DNA of 64,000 bases, taken from the NCBI GenBank assembly GCA_050946975.1, contig JBMNVU010000003.1, positions 54,936-118,935 on the forward strand. The letters run 5' to 3'. Made by a program: the position numbers and the translations under genes. Source of the DNA: Acutalibacter sp. (GTDB lineage Bacteria; Bacillota; Clostridia; Oscillospirales; Acutalibacteraceae). The notes beneath the pieces are model-generated. The model searched no databases and was not told where the DNA came from. It was given only the letters and a program-made list of their open reading frames with translations. Positions 19,928 to 29,258 of this stretch are shown piece by piece; within the stretch, counting starts at the first letter, position 1, and every line of letters starts with the position of its first letter.

Positions 19928-21178
19928 TCAAACACGCTTGGACAAAACGTCCTTTTCATACTGGGCAACCGTGTCATACCACTCTTTGCCGCCGGGCACT
20001 CCCTGGGTCTCGCAATAGTGCTCCCAGATGTCCCCAAAAGGCAAAGTTTTGATCTCCTCGTTCATGATCATCAGCTCGGTAAACCGGCAGGAATCCTGCA
20101 GCTGTTTCAGCTGGTCCCAAGGCTGGAGCAGTGCAAACAACAGGGCTTTCTCCATGCTGCGGGTGCCCACCACCCAGGCTGCCACTCGATTGATGGAGGC
20201 GTCAAAAAAGTCCAGTCCAATGAGCACCCGGTCAGTGGCGTTATTTCGGACGATCTCTTTGGCGATCTCCTTGACCTCGTCCTCATAGAGCACCACATGG
20301 TCACTGTCCCACCGAACAGGACGTGTGACGTGGAGGGGGATCTTGTCAAAGAAGGCCAACAGGCTGGGAATCTTATCACTGACCACCTCGGTAGGATGGT
20401 AATGGCCGTTATCCAGTAAGTCGTACACGCCGGGATGGGAGGCCGCGTAGGCGATGTAGAACTCCGAGGAGCCCACGGTGAAGGCCTCCATGCCGATGCC
20501 GAAGACCTTGCTCTCCACACAATCAATGACGCCGGGGAGCTTTTCCGCAAAGATCTCATCCAGGCTCTGCTTCAGACGCATCCGGGGCCCCAGACGGTCC
20601 GCCGGAACGTCCTTATAGCCGTCGGGGATCCACACGTTGCACAACACCGGATCCCCCAGCTGCTGGGCTATGTAAGAGGAGATCCTCCTGCACTGGATGC
20701 CGTGACGCACCCAAAACTGGCGCACCTCTTCCTCCGGGGAGGAGAGCGTCAGGTTGTCCTTGACCATGGGATGGCTGAAAAAGGTGGGGTTAAAGTCAAC
20801 GCCCAGGTTGTTCTCCTTTGCAAAGGCGATCCACTTGTCAAAGTGTTTGGGCTGAAGCTGGTCTCGCTCCACCTGCTCTCCCTCTTCAAACACGGCATAA
20901 CTGGCGTGGAGGCTGATGCGCTTCTTTCCGGGCACAACGCTCATGGCCTTGAGAAAGTCGGCGGTGAGTTCCTGAAAATTTCTGGCCCGACCAGGGTAAT
21001 TGCCCGTGGTTTGGATGCCGCCGGACAATGCACGTCCCGTGCCCTCCAAGCCAATGACGTCATCCCCCTGCCAACAGTGGACACTGATGGGGATGTTCTT
21101 CAAGGTGTTCAGGGCGGACTCCACATCCACACCAAGGGATTCATAGCGCTGCTTGGCGCTCTCATATCGCTGATTCAA
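19928..21178 (-). CDS. rhaA: L-rhamnose isomerase
   Basis: 416 aa: ...IPISVHCWQGDDV...; full-length RhaA resemblance. Confidence 0.9.
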   Translation of the reverse strand: MNQRYESAKQRYESLGVDVESALNTLKNIPISVHCWQGDDVIGLEGTGRALSGGIQTTGNYPGRARNFQELTADFLKAMSVVPGKKRISLHASYAVFEEGEQVERDQLQPKHFDKWIAFAKENNLGVDFNPTFFSHPMVKDNLTLSSPEEEVRQFWVRHGIQCRRISSYIAQQLGDPVLCNVWIPDGYKDVPADRLGPRMRLKQSLDEIFAEKLPGVIDCVESKVFGIGMEAFTVGSSEFYIAYAASHPGVYDLLDNGHYHPTEVVSDKIPSLLAFFDKIPLHVTRPVRWDSDHVVLYEDEVKEIAKEIVRNNATDRVLIGLDFFDASINRVAAWVVGTRSMEKALLFALLQPWDQLKQLQDSCRFTELMIMNEEIKTLPFGDIWEHYCETQGVPGGKEWYDTVAQYEKDVLSKRV

Positions 21179-21227
21179 ACTAATTGCTCCTCTCCATATA
21201 GATTCCTTTTTTCAGTTGATTCTGGTT

Positions 21228-22646
21228 TCAAATAGCTGCCTGAGTCTGTGGGTGATACTCTGCAATGGGAAAACTCTGACGCTCGGCCCGACGGATGGCA
21301 TCCAGGTCTGGAAACTCCCCTGCCGCCAGCATCTGCACCATCAGATTCCCCAGAGCGGTGCCTTCTGTGGGACCGGCGTAGACCGGCAATCCACAGGCGT
21401 CGGCAGTAAGCTGATTCAAGTAGCTGTCCCGACTGCCGCCCCCCACAACATTCACTGCGGTGTATTCCCGCCCGGTAAGCCCAGAGAGCTCCTGAATGCT
21501 TTGGGCATAGCTTTGGGCCAAGCTGTGATAGACACAGGCCGCCAGCTGCCCCAAGTTCTCCGGCACGGCCTGACCTGTCTCCCTGCAGAGAGAACACACG
21601 GCTTTGCCCATATGTTCCGGGGCCAAAAACCGGCTGTCATTGACATCCACCAGAGCTGGGAAGGACGCCTCCTCCCGAGCTGCCATCTCCAGCGCATGAA
21701 AGGTGACCCCTTCTCCCGCTTCCCGGCGGAGGGACTGGAGCATCCACAGGCCCATGATGTTCTTCAAGTACCGGAACCGGTACTCATAGCCTCCTTCATT
21801 GGTAAAATTGAGCAGGCGGCTCTCCTGGGTGGTGATGGGCTCCGGAATCTCTGTGCCCAAAAGGCTCCAGGTTCCGCTGGAAAGATAGACTCCGCCTTCT
21901 TTGGCAGGAACCGCCAAAAACGCCGATCCGGTATCGTGGGTGGCAGGGAACACCACTTTACAATCATAGCCCACCCGTTCTATTACCGCCGGGGTGAAAC
22001 CACCCACCACAGCGCCCGGCTGATGAAGCTTTCCAAACAGTCTTTGGGGATAGCCCAGCTTCTCTAAAAGCTCCTGATCCCACTCCTTGGTTCGGGCATT
22101 GACCAAGCCCGTGGTGGAGGCATTGGTGTACTCATTCTCCATCCTGCCTGTGAGACGGTAGGTCAAATACTCGGGCACCATCAGCAGGCGCTGAGCACGC
22201 TCCAGCAATTCCGGCTCCTGGGTTTTTACGGCCATCAGCTGGTAAATGGTGTTGAATTCCTGCTTTTGGATTCCTGTACGGGCGTACAGTTCCTCGGAAG
22301 GAACCAGCTTCTCCACCAGCCGATCCATTCCTTGAGTGCGGCTATCCCGGTAGGCCACCGCATCCCCCAGAGGATTCCCCTGACCATCCAGGAGCACGTA
22401 ATCCACCGCCCAAGTGTCAATGCCCACACTGTCCGGAATTTTGGAAAGCTCCCTGCATCTGGCCAAGCCCTGGATCACCTCATCCACCAGGTGTTCCATA
22501 TCCCAACAGAGCCGGCCGTGCTTTCGGATCAGCTTATTCTCAAAGCGGTAAATCTCCTCCAGGCAAAGTTTACCGTCCTCCACCCAGCCCAAAATATGCC
22601 TTCCCGAGGAAGCACCGATATCAATCGCCAAATAGGTTTGCAACAA
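21228..22646 (-). CDS. rhaB: rhamnulokinase (FGGY carbohydrate kinase)
   Basis: FGGY N-terminus YLAIDIGASSGRHILG. The likely TTG start is at 22646 or 22643, just after GGGAGGAG. The longer ORF to 22688 runs into the upstream terminator. Confidence 0.88.
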   Translation of the reverse strand: MLQTYLAIDIGASSGRHILGWVEDGKLCLEEIYRFENKLIRKHGRLCWDMEHLVDEVIQGLARCRELSKIPDSVGIDTWAVDYVLLDGQGNPLGDAVAYRDSRTQGMDRLVEKLVPSEELYARTGIQKQEFNTIYQLMAVKTQEPELLERAQRLLMVPEYLTYRLTGRMENEYTNASTTGLVNARTKEWDQELLEKLGYPQRLFGKLHQPGAVVGGFTPAVIERVGYDCKVVFPATHDTGSAFLAVPAKEGGVYLSSGTWSLLGTEIPEPITTQESRLLNFTNEGGYEYRFRYLKNIMGLWMLQSLRREAGEGVTFHALEMAAREEASFPALVDVNDSRFLAPEHMGKAVCSLCRETGQAVPENLGQLAACVYHSLAQSYAQSIQELSGLTGREYTAVNVVGGGSRDSYLNQLTADACGLPVYAGPTEGTALGNLMVQMLAAGEFPDLDAIRRAERQSFPIAEYHPQTQAAI

Positions 22647-22685
22647 GGTCTCCTCCCTTCTGTGCTCAGAATACCACTTCCCCGG

Positions 22686-22723
22686 CAAAAAAAGAAGGAC
22701 GTATTTTGAGAAAAATACGTCCT
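22686..22723 (-). terminator. strong intrinsic terminator after the AraC-family regulator, about 40 nt upstream of the rhaB start
   Basis: Minus strand: AGGACGTATTTT-tctc-AAAATACGTCCT followed by TCTTTTTTTG (perfect 12-bp stem). Confidence 0.85.
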
Positions 22724-22747
22724 AACTTTTCAATTGGATAATGGCGT

Positions 22748-23722
22748 TCACCCCTCATGGGCCAGAAAGTCTCCTCCTCGCTCGCGGCGGTAATCCTTGG
22801 GAGTGACCCCATATCTGGACCGGAACACCCGGTAAAAATAACTGGTATTTTCATAACCCACTGCCAAAATGATGTCCTGGGTTGTGAGCTTTGTCTCCCG
22901 CAGCAGCTGGGCTGCTTTGGAGAGCCGCTTTTCCAGCAGCAGATCCTTGAAGGTGCGGCCTGTGGCCCGATGCACTGCCGCACTCAAGTAGGGCAGAGAC
23001 ACATGAAGCTCCCCAGCCAGACGAGTCAAATCCGCTGTGCGGTAGTTTTCCTCAATCTCCTTCAGGGCTGCCAGCACCGCGCTGCCGCCGGAGCTTTCCT
23101 CCAGCTCACCAGTGTAATTTAAGAGCTGCAGCAGCAATAACCCCATGGTTGCTTGATTGATTCGCCGGGCATTGGACTGGGGGTGCACCAATCCCCACAC
23201 CAGGTTCTCCACCAAATTCTGCACCGTGGGAACCTCTGCCACATGAAAGTGAAGGCAACTCAATTCCCCGCCGTTTTGGCGCAGTCCGCTGAGGAGAAAC
23301 TTCCCCAACACGTTGTCCGTACCGATCAGCGTCAGGGCATAGTCAAAGAACTGAGGCAGAACAATGAAGTTTACCCCCACGTCATTCTCCCCAGCCCGCT
23401 CCACCCCGTGAGAAGCGTGTTGGTTCAGAAACAGCAGCTCCCCTGCCTGAAGTGTCAAAGGGGACAAGCCCTCCACGTGATGCACAGTCTTTCCGGAGCA
23501 CATGTACATGATCTCCACGTAGTTGTGGGTATGCATGGGGAAATCCGCAAAGCGGGTATGGGGCCGCACTGTGATCAGCTTTCCTTTGGCCAGCAGCTTT
23601 TCGCTGTCAATCTGAAAGCTGCTCCCGGAGCTGTACAAGCTTTTATCCACCTGGCCCCCTGCCAGCAGCTGTTCCTCTTCCTCTGTCACCCGCCGAAGCT
23701 CTCCCATGAGATCTTCCCGCAT
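22748..23722 (-). CDS. AraC-family transcriptional regulator (cupin sensor + HTH), probable rhamnose regulator
   Basis: 324 aa. N-terminal cupin-like region (HTHNYVEIMYM) and C-terminal AraC HTH (GYENTSYFYRVFRSRYGVTPKDYR). Sits directly upstream of rhaBAD. Confidence 0.85.
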   Translation of the reverse strand: MREDLMGELRRVTEEEEQLLAGGQVDKSLYSSGSSFQIDSEKLLAKGKLITVRPHTRFADFPMHTHNYVEIMYMCSGKTVHHVEGLSPLTLQAGELLFLNQHASHGVERAGENDVGVNFIVLPQFFDYALTLIGTDNVLGKFLLSGLRQNGGELSCLHFHVAEVPTVQNLVENLVWGLVHPQSNARRINQATMGLLLLQLLNYTGELEESSGGSAVLAALKEIEENYRTADLTRLAGELHVSLPYLSAAVHRATGRTFKDLLLEKRLSKAAQLLRETKLTTQDIILAVGYENTSYFYRVFRSRYGVTPKDYRRERGGDFLAHEG

Positions 23723-23755
23723 GGCTGCTCTCCTCCCTTCCTTGTACGCTGACGC

Positions 23756-24460
23756 TTACGCCGCTGTTAAGATTGCACTGGCCTCATTGTCGGTGAGGTA
23801 TTCGTACTTCACCATCAATTGCACCACCTGGCGCTGGCGCTGCTCACTCAGCTCCGGGTTGACCGTAGGGTCATACACGGACGGCGCATTGGGAATCCCC
23901 GCCAACAGTGTGCATTGGTCCGCGTCCATAGCGCTGGGCTCCACACCAAAGTAGGTGCGGCTGGCAGAGGCCACGTCGTAGCAGCCGCTGCCAAAATAAA
24001 TGGAGTTGACATACAGCTCAAAAATCTCCTCCTTGGAGTAGTTTGCCTCAATATGAAAAGCCATAAACAGCTCCGCCACCTTCCGGCTCAGCCGCTTCTC
24101 CTGGGTAAAAAACAGGTTTTTCGCCAACTGCTGGGTGATGGTGCTGCCACCTTCCACAAAGGACATGGTCTTGATGTCGTTGATCAGCGCCCGCCCCAAA
24201 GCGATGGGGTCCACTCCCCCGTGCTCGTAAAACCGGTGGTCTTCCGCCGCCAAGACGGCTTCCACGTAAGTGTCCGGCAAGTTCGCAAAACTGGTGTAGC
24301 TTTCCTGGGATCGGATTTGCTTCACCCGCTGATCCAAAGGCATGGCTTCCAACGCATCTGTGTACAGCTGCCACCCCAACAGTGCCAAGGTCGCCAGGCC
24401 GCACAGACACAGTGCCAGCATCCACAACACGATATTCCGAACAATCCGCAAAACCTTCAT
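23756..24460 (-). CDS. mtgA: monofunctional peptidoglycan glycosyltransferase (GT51)
   Basis: 234 aa. N-terminal TM helix, GT51 motifs EDHRFYEHGGVD and GGSTITQQLAKN. Confidence 0.88.
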   Translation of the reverse strand: MKVLRIVRNIVLWMLALCLCGLATLALLGWQLYTDALEAMPLDQRVKQIRSQESYTSFANLPDTYVEAVLAAEDHRFYEHGGVDPIALGRALINDIKTMSFVEGGSTITQQLAKNLFFTQEKRLSRKVAELFMAFHIEANYSKEEIFELYVNSIYFGSGCYDVASASRTYFGVEPSAMDADQCTLLAGIPNAPSVYDPTVNPELSEQRQRQVVQLMVKYEYLTDNEASAILTAA

Positions 24461-24564
24461 GGCCGTCGCGCCTCCTCATTGCCGGGCAACCCGGCTTTCC
24501 TTTTTCATGGCACTATCATACCAGCCATTTCTTGCAAAATTCTAACGGCAATCTTTACACTAGA

Positions 24565-25338
24565 TTAAAAGTTCTTACGGCTTTTGGGGGACTTTTCCCG
24601 TCGGAAAATGTAGGTATCTGCCCCGGACAGCTCTTCGGCAAACTCATAGCCCAACCTGTTAAATCGGCGCAATTCCTCTGGGGATTGGGCATTTGTTTCA
24701 GCGGCAAACCGCACCATCTCTCCCCGAGCCATCTTCACGTAAACACCTTTTTCCACCAGCTTTCCGGGTTCCGTTTCCTCCCCAAAGACACAAGTGACAA
24801 AGCGCGCCCGGTCCCGCAGTTGGGGGCGTACCGCTTTGGCGTACTCCTCCGAGGCCAGATTCACAAAGACGCTGTCCTCCTCCAGCAGCAGTTCCCCCAG
24901 AGTTTCTCCCCAGAAGTCATATAGATTCTTGCCCCAGGCCGTTCGAAGTTTTGCCTGCATCTCCAGACGATAGGGAGACACCCCGTCCAAGGGCCGCAGC
25001 ACCCCGTAAAATCCTGAGAGAATCCGCAGATTCTCCTCCACATACTTCCACTGCTCCTCTGTGAACAATCCCGGAGCCATGTACTGATACTGGATTCCCT
25101 GATATGCCAGCAACGCTGGGGTGGAACCCTGGGTCAGCTCCATCGCCCGGAAGTTCTCATAGGCACCCTGTGCCAGGGAGTCATTGCAGGCCAAAAGCTT
25201 TTTCAGCTCCGGGAAGGTCATCGCCCGCAAAAGCTCCAGCAGCTGGGCAGAGCGTTCCAAAAGCGTCGGATGGGTCTTGGGCGGCAGAAAATCCACCTCC
25301 ACCCGCATCTTTTTCGCAGGGGATATCAGCAACTTCAC
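24565..25338 (-). CDS. yaaA: YaaA-family peroxide stress protein (UPF0246)
   Basis: 257 aa starting (V)KLLISPAKKM. GTG start overlaps the stop of the upstream gene (GTGA). Confidence 0.85.
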   Translation of the reverse strand: MKLLISPAKKMRVEVDFLPPKTHPTLLERSAQLLELLRAMTFPELKKLLACNDSLAQGAYENFRAMELTQGSTPALLAYQGIQYQYMAPGLFTEEQWKYVEENLRILSGFYGVLRPLDGVSPYRLEMQAKLRTAWGKNLYDFWGETLGELLLEEDSVFVNLASEEYAKAVRPQLRDRARFVTCVFGEETEPGKLVEKGVYVKMARGEMVRFAAETNAQSPEELRRFNRLGYEFAEELSGADTYIFRREKSPKSRKNF

Positions 25339-25730
25339 AGCGGCTTCCCCTCGTGGAGATTCTCTCCCCGCAGCATGGCCTCATGTTCCAGGGAGAGTTC
25401 CCTATGCAGCTGGTAAGCGTTCCAGCTGCCGTTGGAAGCAGTGAGCACTGCCTTGAGCTCCACCGGAGGGATCTTCTTCCGCCGCATCCCCTGGAGCAGC
25501 TGGTTCATCTGCTGGGAACTCAGCCCCGCCATCACCAGCATTTCCTGGGAAAAACCCTCTCCCTCCTCTCCTGTCTCCTCTTGGGGTGCCAGCCCAAGCA
25601 GGGCTTCCAGCGGCTGAGAAAACTCCTCCGGGCCAACCGACTTCGCCCGAAGCTTCAAGGTCAAACACAGGGTCTTGATCTTTCTTCCTTTTTCACTGTC
25701 CAAATTGTACAGCAGCACTGTGGGCGTCAT
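25335..25730 (-). CDS. DUF3783 domain-containing protein
   Basis: 131 aa from ATG at 25730: MTPTVLLYNLDSEKGRKIKTLCLTLKLRAK...EMLVMAGLSSQQMNQLLQGMRR...KAVLTASNGSWNAYQLHRELSLEHEAM. The longer ORF to 25973 has a non-protein-like N-terminus. Confidence 0.7.
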   Translation of the reverse strand: MTPTVLLYNLDSEKGRKIKTLCLTLKLRAKSVGPEEFSQPLEALLGLAPQEETGEEGEGFSQEMLVMAGLSSQQMNQLLQGMRRKKIPPVELKAVLTASNGSWNAYQLHRELSLEHEAMLRGENLHEGKPL

Positions 25731-25815
25731 ACAAATGCCCCTTTCTTTATTCTTGAATTCATCCTGATAGTAACACGTTCCCCTCCCCTTTTCAAGTAAA
25801 AATTGAAAATGATTC

Positions 25816-25844
25816 TTGACTTTTCTCCCGCTTTCCTGTACAGT
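25816..25844 (+). promoter_or_regulatory. sigma-70-like promoter for the CcdA-thioredoxin gene
   Basis: TTGACT - 17 nt - TACAGT. It is followed by a direct repeat TACAGTA..TACAGTA and an AGGAG RBS. Confidence 0.45.
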
Positions 25845-25875
25845 AGCCATACAGTACTTGTTAGGAGTGATTTCC

Positions 25876-27210
25876 GTGGGTTTTTCCGTCGAAAGCAGCG
25901 TCTCTGTCCTCACCATTTTCCTGCAGGGACTTCTGAGCTTTTTCTCCCCCTGCGTTCTTCCCCTTCTGCCCATCTACATCACCTACCTTTCCGGCGGCGG
26001 CCGGACGGTGGACGCGGATGGCAACACCCATTACAAGCGAAGCAAGGTCCTGCTGAACACCGTCTTTTTTGTGGTGGGAATCAGCTTTGCCTTTTTCCTG
26101 CTGGGCTTCGGCTTCACCGCTGCCGGCCAATTCTTCCGGGAAAACCGTCTGCTGCTGGGACGCATCGGCGGAGTGCTAGTTATTCTCTTTGGCCTGTACC
26201 AACTGGGGGTATTTGGCTCGGTGAAGTTCCTCAACCGGGAGGCACGGCTGCCGTTTCGCCTGGACAAGGTTGCCATGAATCCCCTCACCGCTCTGGTGCT
26301 GGGATTTACCTTCAGCTTCTCCTGGACCCCCTGTGTAGGACCCGCTCTGGCCAGCGTACTACTGATGGCCTCCTCCGCAGCCGCCGCAGAGGGCTTTCTC
26401 CTCATCGCGGTGTACACCGTGGGCTTTGTACTGCCCTTCCTGGTGGTGGGGCTCTTCACCTCCACGCTGCTGGAACTCTTCCGCAAGTATCAGGGTGTGG
26501 TCAAATACACAGTGAAGATCAGCGGCGTACTGATGGTATTCATGGGTGTGATGATGTTTACCGGATGGATGAACTCCTTCACCAGCTATCTGTCCAGCTT
26601 TGGCGCTGCGGAAGCCACCGGCACCACCTCTTCTGTATCCTCCACCTTGGAATCCTCCACTTTGGAAGAGGATAGTTCCTCTGCCCCCATTCAGGAGGAA
26701 TCCTCCTCCCGTGAGGAAAGCCACTCTTCCAGTCAGACGGAAAGCTCTGAGAGCGAGGCTGCTCCTGTGCCCGCACCGGACTTCACCCTCACTGACCAAT
26801 ACGGCAACACCCACACTCTCTCGGATTACCAGGGCAAGACTGTCTTCCTAAACTTCTGGGGCACCTGGTGCCCACCCTGCCGTGCTGAGATGCCGGACAT
26901 TCAGGAACTGTACCAAGAGCTTGGAGAAAACAAGGAAGATGTCATCATCCTGGGAGTGGCCCTGCCCAACGTGGGCAATGAGGGCTCCAAAGAGGAGATC
27001 ATCTCCTTCTTGGAGGAAAACGGTTACACCTACCCCACCGTCATGGACGAGGGAGGCACCCTCGCCAACAGCTATTACATCTCCGGCTTCCCCACCACTT
27101 TCATGATCGACAAAGAGGGCAACGTATTCGGATACGCCACCGGGCAGTTGACCAAAGACATCATGGAGAGCATCATCCAGCAGACCATCGACGGGAAGCG
27201 AGCCCAGTAG
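25876..27210 (+). CDS. CcdA/DsbD-type thiol:disulfide transporter fused to an extracytoplasmic TlpA/ResA-like thioredoxin domain
   Basis: 444 aa from GTG at 25876 (AGGAG 7 nt upstream). CcdA motif FFSPCVLPLLP and a second TPCVGP. A Ser/Glu-rich linker precedes a redoxin domain with WGTWCPPC. Confidence 0.85.
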   Translation: MGFSVESSVSVLTIFLQGLLSFFSPCVLPLLPIYITYLSGGGRTVDADGNTHYKRSKVLLNTVFFVVGISFAFFLLGFGFTAAGQFFRENRLLLGRIGGVLVILFGLYQLGVFGSVKFLNREARLPFRLDKVAMNPLTALVLGFTFSFSWTPCVGPALASVLLMASSAAAAEGFLLIAVYTVGFVLPFLVVGLFTSTLLELFRKYQGVVKYTVKISGVLMVFMGVMMFTGWMNSFTSYLSSFGAAEATGTTSSVSSTLESSTLEEDSSSAPIQEESSSREESHSSSQTESSESEAAPVPAPDFTLTDQYGNTHTLSDYQGKTVFLNFWGTWCPPCRAEMPDIQELYQELGENKEDVIILGVALPNVGNEGSKEEIISFLEENGYTYPTVMDEGGTLANSYYISGFPTTFMIDKEGNVFGYATGQLTKDIMESIIQQTIDGKRAQ

Positions 27211-27273
27211 CCAGCTTTCCCTTGCATTCCCGAGGAAAGCAGTCTATAATAGTTACATCTCTTACAAGGAGGG

Positions 27274-27666
27274 ATGGAGTTGCCAAAAATTCAGGAATCC
27301 GCGGAAAACTACCTGGAGACCATCCTGGTGCTGAAGGAACGCAACGGTTCTGTGCGCTCTGTGGACATTGCCGCGGAAATGGGCTTCAGCAAGCCCAGCG
27401 TCAGCGTGGCTATGAAGAATCTGCGGGAGCAGGACTGCATCGCCATGGGCGATGACGGCATGATTACCCTGACGGACAAGGGACAAAAGATTGCGGAAAG
27501 CGTCTATGAACGCCACATGCTCTTCACTAAATGGCTGGTCTCCCTGGGAGTGGACAGCGCCACTGCCGCTCAGGATGCCTGCCGCATTGAACATGTGCTC
27601 AGCAAGGAATCCTTTGATGCCATCAAGCAGCACGTGGAAAATGGCCTGCTGGCAAACAGCCAGTAA
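27274..27666 (+). CDS. DtxR/MntR-family metal-dependent transcriptional repressor
   Basis: 130 aa: ENYLETILVLKERNGSVRSVDIAAEMGFSKPSVSVAMKNL.. (winged HTH) plus a dimerisation/metal region. No SH3-like domain. Confidence 0.85.
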   Translation: MELPKIQESAENYLETILVLKERNGSVRSVDIAAEMGFSKPSVSVAMKNLREQDCIAMGDDGMITLTDKGQKIAESVYERHMLFTKWLVSLGVDSATAAQDACRIEHVLSKESFDAIKQHVENGLLANSQ

Positions 27667-27696
27667 CCCACCACTGGCCTTTAGCTCAAACAGAGC

Positions 27697-27725
27697 GGCC
27701 CGCCGGACCACCCGGTGGGCCTTTT
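27697..27725 (+). terminator. intrinsic terminator after the DtxR-family gene
   Basis: GGCCCGCCGG-accac-CCGGTGGGCC followed by TTTT. Confidence 0.65.
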
Positions 27726-27744
27726 AATTGCCATCTCACACCCA

Positions 27745-27786
27745 CAAAAAAGCCACCCTGCAAAAAAACTGCAGGATGGCTTTTTT
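27745..27786. terminator. bidirectional intrinsic terminator (serves trkH on the minus strand)
   Basis: AAAAAAGCCACCCTGCA-aaaaaac-TGCAGGATGGCTTTTTT. Confidence 0.8.
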
Positions 27787-27819
27787 CGGCTCTTTGGATA
27801 TGTTTGGAGAGAATGGGAC

Positions 27820-29208
27820 TCAGCCGATCAGCATTCTCCCTTCGGGATAAATGGAATCTCCCCGGGCCTTGTGCCGCATCAGGATGGACAACCCGAAGGA
27901 CAGCGGACCTACTCGCCCGATAAACATGGTAAAGATCAAAATCAATTTAGAAATGATGTCCAGTCTGCCCGTCACATTGGCAGTAAGACCCACCGTAGCA
28001 AAGGCGGAAGTGGCCTCATACAGGCAATCAATGTAAAGAATATCCGGGTTTAGAGAACTGATAATCCCGGCATCCAGGAACACCAACAGGAAGGCCACCG
28101 CGGTCACGGTAAATGCTTTGAACACAGTGGCAATGGAAAACCGGTGGCGAAGCACCACGGGTTCGTTATTGCCCCGCACCGTGCAGATCACGGTGACAAC
28201 CAAAACTGTAAAGGTGGTGATCTTGATCCCGCCGCCGGTGGAACCGGGACAGGCGCCGATAAACATCAGCATCACCGACAAGATCTTGGTGAACTCATGC
28301 TGCGCACCAATGTTCACAGTGGCAAACCCAGCTGTACGGGTGTTGGTGGACTGGAAAAAAGCAGAATTGAGCTTTTCCAGAATATTCAAATGCCCCATGG
28401 TATTGCCGAACTCCAGCACAAAAAATCCCACAGTGCCCACCACCAGCAGAATCACCGTGCCCCGCAGACAGATCTGGGAGTGGAAATTCAGCCGGAGTGT
28501 ATCCTTATGCTTGAGCAGAGGCTGAATCTTGCAGACATAGATATCCTGCACCACGATAAAGCCCAAGCCCCCGATGATAATCAAAAAGGAGATGGTCAAG
28601 GTGACCAGAGGATCTCCTGCGAAAGCAGTCATACTGCTGTTGCCCTCCACAAAGCCCAGCACATCAAATCCGGCATTGCAGTACGCGGAGATGGCGCAGA
28701 AAATCGAGGGCCAGATCCCGCGGACGCCGAACATGGGCACAAACCGGATGGCAAGCAGACAAGCTCCAATAGCCTCACAGGCAAAGGTAAATTGAATGGT
28801 CAGCTTCAGCAGCCCAGCCAGATTCAATCCATTTCCGCCGGAAGTCTCGCTGGCCAGCTTCATCTCCCGGATGCCCAGCTTCCGCCGGACCAACAGGGAA
28901 AAGCCAATGGCCAAAGTAGAGAGTCCCAGACCGCCCAGCTGAATACAGACAAGGATCACTCCCTGCCCAAAGGGCGTCCAGAGCGTGAACGTGTCCCCCA
29001 CCACCAAGCCGGTCACACAGGTGGCCGAAGTGACGGTGAACAGCGCGTCAATGGGGGTTGCGCCTCCAACTTTGGAAGAAATGGGCAGCATCAAAAGAAT
29101 CGTCCCAACCAGGATGATAAACACAAAGCTGATGACAATCACCCGCGCAGGGGGGGTGGTTTTAACCTTCTCGCCGAACCTTGCTTTTAGTTCACTAAAA
29201 CCGGGCAT
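27820..29208 (-). CDS. TrkH/KtrB-family potassium uptake membrane subunit
   Basis: 462-aa polytopic protein with repeated M1-P-M2 like units (TATCVTGL, CNAGF, RTAGF, TVGLT selectivity-loop-like motifs). No ktrA/trkA gene is adjacent. Confidence 0.88.
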   Translation of the reverse strand: MPGFSELKARFGEKVKTTPPARVIVISFVFIILVGTILLMLPISSKVGGATPIDALFTVTSATCVTGLVVGDTFTLWTPFGQGVILVCIQLGGLGLSTLAIGFSLLVRRKLGIREMKLASETSGGNGLNLAGLLKLTIQFTFACEAIGACLLAIRFVPMFGVRGIWPSIFCAISAYCNAGFDVLGFVEGNSSMTAFAGDPLVTLTISFLIIIGGLGFIVVQDIYVCKIQPLLKHKDTLRLNFHSQICLRGTVILLVVGTVGFFVLEFGNTMGHLNILEKLNSAFFQSTNTRTAGFATVNIGAQHEFTKILSVMLMFIGACPGSTGGGIKITTFTVLVVTVICTVRGNNEPVVLRHRFSIATVFKAFTVTAVAFLLVFLDAGIISSLNPDILYIDCLYEATSAFATVGLTANVTGRLDIISKLILIFTMFIGRVGPLSFGLSILMRHKARGDSIYPEGRMLIG

Positions 29209-29258
29209 AGCGAATCATCGATCTCCTTTATCCGTAGAGCTCTTCTTTGATTGAGCAG

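Noticed and set aside
29209-29258. c-di-AMP (ydaO-type) riboswitch upstream of the TrkH/KtrB gene
   Set aside because: Only 50 nt separate the trkH start from the queT stop, too short for that aptamer, and no conserved ACGGGG or CCCGAA-type elements are present.
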